From NCBI GenBank assembly GCA_965202985.1, contig CBDBCF010000002.1, positions 576,001 through 640,000 of the forward strand: DNA of 64,000 bases, in the 5' to 3' direction. The stretch is from Longimicrobiales bacterium. Lineage in GTDB: Bacteria > Gemmatimonadota > Gemmatimonadetes > Longimicrobiales > Gaopeijiaceae. Shown here in pieces: positions 57,584 through 64,000 of the stretch. The notes below the pieces were generated by a model. The model saw only the letters and a program-made list of their open reading frames with translations. It had not been told where the DNA came from and searched no databases. Numbering within the stretch: position 1 is the first letter of the stretch; each line of letters begins with the position of its first letter. Made by a program: the position numbers and the translations under genes.

Positions 57584-58071
57584 AGGACGACGCCCCTCCC
57601 TCCCTGACGCACTTGGACGCCCACGGCAAGGCCGCCATGGTGGACGTGACCGGCAAGGCCGCGAGCCGGCGACGGGCGGTGGCCCGGGGCGTGCTGCGCT
57701 GCTCGCCCGAGGCGTTTCGCCTGCTGGCCGAGGGCGGCAACCCCAAGGGCGACGTGGAGCAGGTCGCGCGGGTGGCCGGCGTCATGGGCGGCAAGCGGGC
57801 CGCCGACCTGGTCCCTCTTTGCCACGTCCTTCCCGGCGCCCATGTGCAGGTGGACGTGGAGCCCGACAGGTCGCTTCCGGGGGTGCGCGCCACGGCCGTC
57901 GCGACGGTGGACGGCCCGACGGGCGTGGAGATCGAGGCGCTGACGGCAGTCTCCGTCGCGCTCCTGACGGTCTACGACATGCTCAAGGCCGCCGACCGGG
58001 GCATGAGGATCGAGTCGGTGGAGCTGGTGGAGAAGTCCGGGGGACGATCGGGCGCCTGGCGGCGGCGGTAG
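57580..58071 (+). CDS. moaC: Cyclic pyranopterin monophosphate synthase
   Basis: LTHLDAHGKAAMVDV, KGDV, LVPLCH and TGVEIEALTAVSVALLTVYDMLKA..EKSGG; GTG 57580. Confidence 0.95.
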   Translation: MKDDAPPSLTHLDAHGKAAMVDVTGKAASRRRAVARGVLRCSPEAFRLLAEGGNPKGDVEQVARVAGVMGGKRAADLVPLCHVLPGAHVQVDVEPDRSLPGVRATAVATVDGPTGVEIEALTAVSVALLTVYDMLKAADRGMRIESVELVEKSGGRSGAWRRR

Positions 58072-58080
58072 GGCGCAACG

Positions 58081-59490
58081 TCACGAAGGCGGGATACGCA
58101 GCTCGTCTCCCGGGCGCAGGAGTTCGTCCAGATCCAGTCCGTTGTGCCTGCGCAGGCTGTCCAGCGACACGTCGTACTCGCGGGCGATCAGCCACAGGCT
58201 CTCCCCCGCCGACACCACGTGCACGCGGGGCGCGGTCGGAGCGACGACGCCCGGCCGGGGCACCACCAGCAAGGCGCCGATCCGGAGCCGGCGGGGCTCG
58301 ACGTCCGGGTTCGCGGCGCGGAGGTCGGCCAGCGACACCTCGTAGGTCTCGGCGATCTCCGACAGAGTTTCGCCGGCCGCCACCGCGTGTTCCACGAACG
58401 ACACGCGCCGGTTTGGGGGGATGGCGGCGAACCGCTCGGCGAAGCCGGCGCCCAGACCCGGCGGCAGGCGCACCGGCACGGCCCTCCCCGCCGGAATCAG
58501 GCCGCGCACCAGTTGCGGGTTCAGGAACAGCACGTCTTCTTCTTCCGCGCCCGCCGCGCCGGCGATCACGTCCGCCGACGCCGGCCCGTCGACCTCCACC
58601 ACGTCGAAGGCCTGGGGCGGGTCCGGGTCTAATCCGTCCAGGCCGAAGGCCGCGGGGTCTTCCGCAATCCGAACGGCGGCCAGGTACTTGGGCACGAAGT
58701 TGCGGGTCTCGCGGGGCAGCTTCTCGCGGATCCGCCAGAACATGGCGTCGTCCCTGGGGCGGCCGCCGCCGTGCTCGCGGATGATCCGCTCCACCCTGCC
58801 CGGTCCCGAGTTGTAGGCCGCCAAGGTGAGGAACCAAGAGCCGAACTGCCGGTTCAAGCGCGCCAAGTACTCCACGGCCCGGGGCGTGGCCGCGTACGGG
58901 TCCAAGCGCTCGTCCAGGAGCGGTCCGACCTCCAGCCCCAGCCAGCGCGCCGTCGCCGGCATGAACTGCCACAGCCCGGCCGCACCCGCGGGCGACAGCG
59001 CCGTGGGGTTGTAGGCGGCCTCGATGACCGGCAGGTAGCGAAGCGACGGCGGCAGTCCGCGCTCCGCCAGCTCGGCGACGACGAAGGTCTCGTAGCGACC
59101 CATGCGCGCAAGCGAACGCTGGAAGGTCCCGCTCTCGCGGTTCTGCCAGAAGTTCAGCCACCAGTCGATGTCGTCTTCGATGTCTTCGTGACGGGCCCAG
59201 GGCGACGCCAGGATCGGGTCCCCCTCCAAGTCGCTGCCCACGCGCGGCGGCGCTCCCGAACGGGGCCGCGCCGGCACTCGGGCTGCCGGGTTCGCGGCGG
59301 CGCTCCCGGCATCGGACTCGCTCCCGTCCAGCGACGCCAAGTAGTCCGGCGAAGGCGGGGGCGGAGGCTGGCGCTTGGCGCACGCGGTCGCGCCCAGCCC
59401 GACCAGGAGCGCCATCGAACGCGCGAACGACCGCGCGAAGCCCCGGCGTCTGCCGGAACGCGGCGGGCGGCCCATCGGCGTGCAGCGCAT
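58081..59490 (-). CDS. MltD-like lytic transglycosylase lipoprotein with LysM domains
   Basis: ATA-C lipobox; LPVIEAA..SPAGAAGLWQFM, LAAYNSG and ETRNFVPK; two C-terminal LysM repeats; exact start uncertain. Confidence 0.88.
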   Translation of the reverse strand: MRCTPMGRPPRSGRRRGFARSFARSMALLVGLGATACAKRQPPPPPSPDYLASLDGSESDAGSAAANPAARVPARPRSGAPPRVGSDLEGDPILASPWARHEDIEDDIDWWLNFWQNRESGTFQRSLARMGRYETFVVAELAERGLPPSLRYLPVIEAAYNPTALSPAGAAGLWQFMPATARWLGLEVGPLLDERLDPYAATPRAVEYLARLNRQFGSWFLTLAAYNSGPGRVERIIREHGGGRPRDDAMFWRIREKLPRETRNFVPKYLAAVRIAEDPAAFGLDGLDPDPPQAFDVVEVDGPASADVIAGAAGAEEEDVLFLNPQLVRGLIPAGRAVPVRLPPGLGAGFAERFAAIPPNRRVSFVEHAVAAGETLSEIAETYEVSLADLRAANPDVEPRRLRIGALLVVPRPGVVAPTAPRVHVVSAGESLWLIAREYDVSLDSLRRHNGLDLDELLRPGDELRIPPS

Positions 59491-60947
59491 CAGTGCGTGT
59501 AGTTCGGCGCCTCGCGTGTGATCGTCACGTCGTGCGGGTGCGACTCCCGGAGCCCGCCCGAGGTCACCCGCACGAACCGCGCCTTGGCCCGCAGCTCGGC
59601 CAAGTCGGCCGCCCCGCAGTAGCCCATGCCGCTCCGCAGCCCGCCCACCAGCTGAAAGACCGTGTCCGACACTGGTCCCTTGTAGGGCACGCGGGCTTCG
59701 ATCCCCTCGGGCACGAGCTTTCGCACCGCCGTGCCCGGCTCTTGGAAGTAGCGGTCCGCGGATCCCTCTTCCATGGCCGAAAGCGAGCCCATGCCCCGCA
59801 CCGTCTTGAAGCGGCGTCCCTCCAGCAGGAACGCCTCCCCCGGCGACTCTTCCGTGCCCGCCAGCGCCGAGCCCACCATGACGCAAGAAGCGCCGGCGGC
59901 CAGCGCCTTCACGATGTCGCCCGAGTAGCGGACGCCCCCGTCGGCCAGGACGGGCACCTGGTCCGCCACCCCTTGCACCGCGTCCAGAACCGCGGTGAGC
60001 TGGGGCACGCCGACCCCCGTCACGACCCGCGTGGTGCAGATGGAGCCCGGCCCCACGCCCACCTTGACCGCGTCGGCGCCCCGCTCCGCCAGGGCCGCCG
60101 CGCCCTCCGCCGTGCCCACGTTGCCCGCCACCAAGTCCACGTCCGGAAAGGCGTCGCGCAACCGGGCCACGGCTTGGAGCACCCCCTCCGAGTGGCCGTG
60201 GGCCGTGTCCACCACCACGAAGTCGGCACCGGCGTCCACGACCGTTCGGGCGCGGTCCACGTCTTCCTGCGCGGCCCCGACCGCGGCCCCGACCCGAAGT
60301 CGACCGTGCCTGTCCTTGCAGGCGCGCGGAAACTGCCGGCGCTTGAAGATGTCCTTCACGGTGATCAGGCCTTGGAGCCGCCCGCGATCGTCCACGACGG
60401 GCAGCTTCTCGATGCGGTGCCGGTGCAGGATCTTCTCCGCCTCGTCCAGCGTGGTGCCGGCGGGGGCGGTCACCAGGTCTTCGCTTGTCATGAGCGAGGC
60501 CACGGGGCGGTCCAGGTCGGACTCGAACTGGAGGTCGCGGTTGGTCACGATCCCCACCAGCGTGCCGCCGGGCTCCTCGACGACGGGCACGCCGCTGATC
60601 GAGAACCGGGCCATGAGCTGGTGGGCGTCCCGAAGCGAGGCGTCGGGACTCAGCGTGATCGGCTTGAGGATCATGCCGCTCTCGGAGCGCTTGACCCGGT
60701 CGACTTCCTCGGCTTGGCGCTCGACGGACATGTTCTTGTGGACCACGCCCACGCCGCCCTCGCGGGCCAGCGCAATGGCCATGCGGGCCTCGGTGACCGT
60801 GTCCATCGCCGCCGACGCCAGGGGCACCTGCAAGGCGATCCGTCGCGTAAGGCGGGTGGCGACGCTCGTGTCCTTCGGATGGACCCGCGAATGCCCCGGC
60901 ACCAGCAGGACGTCGTCGAAGGTGAGGGCTTCCTTGAGGACCGGCAT
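59490..60947 (-). CDS. guaB: IMP dehydrogenase
   Basis: [20 protein letters not shown] pair, [18 protein letters not shown] and PEGIE. Confidence 0.98.
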   Translation of the reverse strand: MPVLKEALTFDDVLLVPGHSRVHPKDTSVATRLTRRIALQVPLASAAMDTVTEARMAIALAREGGVGVVHKNMSVERQAEEVDRVKRSESGMILKPITLSPDASLRDAHQLMARFSISGVPVVEEPGGTLVGIVTNRDLQFESDLDRPVASLMTSEDLVTAPAGTTLDEAEKILHRHRIEKLPVVDDRGRLQGLITVKDIFKRRQFPRACKDRHGRLRVGAAVGAAQEDVDRARTVVDAGADFVVVDTAHGHSEGVLQAVARLRDAFPDVDLVAGNVGTAEGAAALAERGADAVKVGVGPGSICTTRVVTGVGVPQLTAVLDAVQGVADQVPVLADGGVRYSGDIVKALAAGASCVMVGSALAGTEESPGEAFLLEGRRFKTVRGMGSLSAMEEGSADRYFQEPGTAVRKLVPEGIEARVPYKGPVSDTVFQLVGGLRSGMGYCGAADLAELRAKARFVRVTSGGLRESHPHDVTITREAPNYTH

Positions 60948-61061
60948 TGGCCAAGCTACCCAGGAGCCGCCCGCGCCGTCAACGGCTGGGCCAGTGGCGT
61001 CTCGTGGGCCGGCGGCCTCCCGGTGGTCGGCGAGGTCGAAGTTGCGAGTCGGCGCGCAGCG

Positions 61062-61481
61062 TCAAGGCTCGTCCGAGGACTCGTCGGAACGCCGGGTGCG
61101 CGCGACCTCGTCGACGGTTTCGCCCGGCCCGGAATCCGCATCCGCCTGTTCCGCCGTCGATTCGCCGGACTCGCCGCCCTTCACCCCGTCGGCGAAGTCG
61201 CCCAGGATTTCGCGGCCCGCTCGCGCAACGCCGCTCAAGGCGCGGTCCGCCGCCGCGATCAGCTGGAACGCCTCGCGGATGTTGGACGGGTTGAAGGCGC
61301 GTTTCCGGAGCCGGTCCTCCAGCCCTTCGGCCAAGCGCTGCAACCCCGTCGCCTGCTTCTCCATGTCCGCCTGGGCGTACTTGGACTCCAGAAACTCGAT
61401 GTAGTCCAGGACCTGGTAGACCTGGGCCTCGGGCAGACTCTCGATCTTCCGCTTCACGCGGGCCCACAACACGTCGTGCAT
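61062..61481 (-). CDS. Hypothetical protein (DUF2281-like N-terminal helix pair)
   Basis: [35 protein letters not shown]; natural-looking composition with an acidic tail. Confidence 0.7.
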   Translation of the reverse strand: MHDVLWARVKRKIESLPEAQVYQVLDYIEFLESKYAQADMEKQATGLQRLAEGLEDRLRKRAFNPSNIREAFQLIAAADRALSGVARAGREILGDFADGVKGGESGESTAEQADADSGPGETVDEVARTRRSDESSDEP

Positions 61482-61635
61482 GACTGGGAAGGAAGCCACA
61501 GCGGCCCGAGAAGGCAAGGCGGGCGGGCGCGGGGCCGTGCGCGTGTTACATTTGCCGGAACATCTTCCAGCACATGGTCCGCATCCCCTCGGTCCGTTCC
61601 TCTCCCCCCCGACCACGCCGCCCAGCGTCGCCGCT

Positions 61636-62484
61636 ATGCTGTCCACCAGCGAGTACCGCTTCCTGCCTTTGCGCGACGCGCCCATTCCGGAGCCCGTCCA
61701 GGCGCGGTACGACCGATGGATCGCCCGACTGGACGAAGAGTTGGCCGACCCCGGGACGGATCGCAACGAGTTTTGCCGGAAGGTGCTCCGCGAGATATAC
61801 CTTCCGGGCGGACCCGAGCTTCCGGGCGGACCCGAGGACGGCGACGGCGCACCGCTGGGCGCTCGGATACTGGCCGACCAGATGGACCCTCGGAACGTCA
61901 CCTTGGAGCCCGAATACTATGCCGAGACGGACTTGGACCGCTACTACCGGGTCAAGCCGCTGATCTGGCTTTGGGAGATGTTCGACAAGAGTCCGCTGGG
62001 AGAGAACGTCCATCTGGGGGTCAAGCTTCGGCGCATCCTCGCGCGACGGATCTTCAAGCGCTGCGGACGCAACTTCAAGGCGTTCCACTTCGTGAAGCTC
62101 ACCTTCGGCTACGGACTGGAAGTGGGCGACGACGTCGTGGTGCACCGCCACGTGCTGCTGGACGACCGCGGCGGGATCCGCATCGGAGACCGATCCTCCG
62201 TGTCCGACTACGTGAACGTGTACTCCCACAGCCACCACATCAGCGAGGGCCGGGAGGTGCGCACGCCGCAAACCGTGATCGAAGACGGCGTCCGCATCGC
62301 CTACCACGCCACGGTTCTAGCCGGCACCACCCTGGCGTCCAACTCCATGATCGGCGCCGGCGCTCTCGTCACGCGGGACACGAAGCCCAACACCGTGTAC
62401 GTCGGCGTGCCCGCCAAGGCCGTCGTGAAGAAGCCCCGGCGACGGCGCCGCCCCGCCACCACCGACCCGCTGGCGGACCGGTAG
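61636..62484 (+). CDS. Hexapeptide-repeat (left-handed beta-helix) acyltransferase
   Basis: VGDDVVV, IRIGDRSSV, YSHSH and MIGAGALVTRD..VYVGVPAK. Confidence 0.88.
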   Translation: MLSTSEYRFLPLRDAPIPEPVQARYDRWIARLDEELADPGTDRNEFCRKVLREIYLPGGPELPGGPEDGDGAPLGARILADQMDPRNVTLEPEYYAETDLDRYYRVKPLIWLWEMFDKSPLGENVHLGVKLRRILARRIFKRCGRNFKAFHFVKLTFGYGLEVGDDVVVHRHVLLDDRGGIRIGDRSSVSDYVNVYSHSHHISEGREVRTPQTVIEDGVRIAYHATVLAGTTLASNSMIGAGALVTRDTKPNTVYVGVPAKAVVKKPRRRRRPATTDPLADR

Positions 62485-62503
62485 CCCTCCGCGTCACCCC
62501 ACC

Positions 62504-64000
62504 TCACATCCCCCAGACCGCGACCTCCGCCCCGCCCTCGGCCGTTCGGCTCTCGCGGAAGACCTTGTCGGCCCAGCTGCGCTCCTCGCTGCGGTCGAAG
62601 ACGACCAAGCAGCCCGCTTCGGCGTTGCAGCGGTCCATGTAGGCAGCCGTTTGCTCCACGCCTTCGGCCACGGTGCGCTCCAGGCTGCGGCGGCCGTGCC
62701 GAACCTTGCACTCGACCACGTACCTGCCCGTGCGCTGGTCGCCCGGCCACAGCACCAGCAGGTCCGTCCGTCCTCGGCCCAGGCCATACTCGCGCTCGAT
62801 TCGCCCGCCGCTGTTGACGACGCGCTGAAGGAACGCCTGCAACAGCAGCGGTGGCCCGGCCTCCTTGTACTGGAACCGCTCCATCCAGTGCTCGGAGTGC
62901 TCCCTGAAAAACTCCTGGAAGGCGTCCAGCAACTTGTGCATCTCCAGGCCGCCCTTCGCGTTCACGTACCACGCGGGATCGTGCGGAAGCTCCTCTTGGG
63001 CGATCCATGCAAGCTCGCGCGGCACCACCTCTGCGTAGATCGGGTTGGCGATCCGGACCGGCGGGTCCTGCGCCACCAGCCCCAAGTCCCGGACGTATTC
63101 CAGATCGCGTCCGGAGGACTCCGGCTTGTCCGTGCCCGCCAGCAGCGGCTCCACCACGCGTCGCACCCGCCCTTCCCGCAACTTGTCCGCCAGCTGGTCC
63201 AGATGCGTCTCGCGACGCGCGACCAGCGCCTCCTGGGCCGCCACTACGTCGTCCTCCTCGACCGGCCGCGAACGGTCCTCCGAACGCCCCCCGGCGAAGC
63301 ACGTCTCGTGTGCCAGTGCGTTGACCAGCCAGGGCTGGCCTCGGGTGCGCCGCCACACCGCCTCCTGCGCCGCTTGGGCAAACGCTTGTCCCGTCTCTTC
63401 GGTATGCTGCCCAAGAAGTTCGACGACCTCGGCGCGGGAGAAGTCGCCCAGCCGCAGCGACTTGGCCTTCACGTTGAAGGCGCTGCCCCCGGCCACCACC
63501 ATGTTGGCCGAGCCCGAGCGGATTCGATAGTCCCTGACGTCGCGGACCCCGCACAGCACGACGCTCTGGGGGAACCCATCGGGCCGGAGGTGGTAGCCCG
63601 CGCGCAGCTGCCGCAGCACTGCCAGCAGAGAATCGCCCACCAGTGCGTCGATCTCGTCGATCAGCAGAACCAGCGGCTTGTCGGTCGCCCGACTCCAGCG
63701 ACTCAGTGCAATGCGCAGGGCGCTGTGTCCGCCGGCCTTGGCCAGCACGTCGGGCCACAGTTCGCCCAGGCGCGTGTCGCCCAGCGCCTCGTGGGCCGTC
63801 TCGGCCAGCTCGCTCAGGACAGTCCGGATCGCGGCTTCCACGTCTTCGCGCGCCGTCATTGCGCCCTCGACGTTGACGTAGACGCAACCGTGGTCGCCCT
63901 CGGCGTTCAGAAGGTCCCGGAGCGCCAGGAGAGCGGAGGTCTTTCCGGTCTGCCGGGGCGCGTGAAGCACGAAGTAGCGGTTTCGCGCAACGAGCCGCCG
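62504..64000 (-). CDS. AAA-type ATPase with C-terminal PD-(D/E)xK nuclease-like domain; 5' end beyond the right edge
   Basis: YFVLHAPRQTGKTS (Walker A), LVLLIDEID (Walker B), TRGQPWLVN, and C-terminal EYGLGRGRTDL..VVECK. Confidence 0.85.
   Translation of the reverse strand, partial: RRLVARNRYFVLHAPRQTGKTSALLALRDLLNAEGDHGCVYVNVEGAMTAREDVEAAIRTVLSELAETAHEALGDTRLGELWPDVLAKAGGHSALRIALSRWSRATDKPLVLLIDEIDALVGDSLLAVLRQLRAGYHLRPDGFPQSVVLCGVRDVRDYRIRSGSANMVVAGGSAFNVKAKSLRLGDFSRAEVVELLGQHTEETGQAFAQAAQEAVWRRTRGQPWLVNALAHETCFAGGRSEDRSRPVEEDDVVAAQEALVARRETHLDQLADKLREGRVRRVVEPLLAGTDKPESSGRDLEYVRDLGLVAQDPPVRIANPIYAEVVPRELAWIAQEELPHDPAWYVNAKGGLEMHKLLDAFQEFFREHSEHWMERFQYKEAGPPLLLQAFLQRVVNSGGRIEREYGLGRGRTDLLVLWPGDQRTGRYVVECKVRHGRRSLERTVAEGVEQTAAYMDRCNAEAGCLVVFDRSEERSWADKVFRESRTAEGGAEVAVWGM

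Overview
High-GC (~70% by eye) bacterial chromosomal window. SusC/SusD transporters in a high-GC genome, the mfd-PPIase-surA-pdxA gene order and giant repeat autotransporters suggest Gemmatimonadota, possibly a marine host-associated lineage (inference only). Contents, left to right: (1) the 5' end of a type III R-M methyltransferase; (2) a tryptophan/anthranilate catabolic (abm-type) cluster in two co-oriented halves, 467-5901 and 26625-30876, separated by about 20.7 kb carrying a TonB-plug lipoprotein, susD, susC and a 5058-aa adhesin; (3) housekeeping genes (DUF58, BatA/vWA, mfd, PPIase, surA, pdxA); (4) a second, paralogous adhesin of about 4930 aa; (5) holB, moaC, an MltD-like transglycosylase, guaB, an acyltransferase and an AAA/PD-(D/E)xK protein. 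The most striking system is the adhesin pair. Each has 28-29 modules of about 125 aa, 5 cadherin-like repeats, one Ig-like domain and an autotransporter-like barrel. They share a near-identical stalk/anchor of about 10.8 kb but have different N-terminal tips, some carrying hypervariable Cys-bounded loops. Each has a C23-24 homopolymer just after its first ATG, in frame in copy 1 and out of frame by one base in copy 2. This is a candidate phase-variable, modular, diversifying adhesin system. No rRNA, tRNA, CRISPR array, transposase or integrase was recognised.
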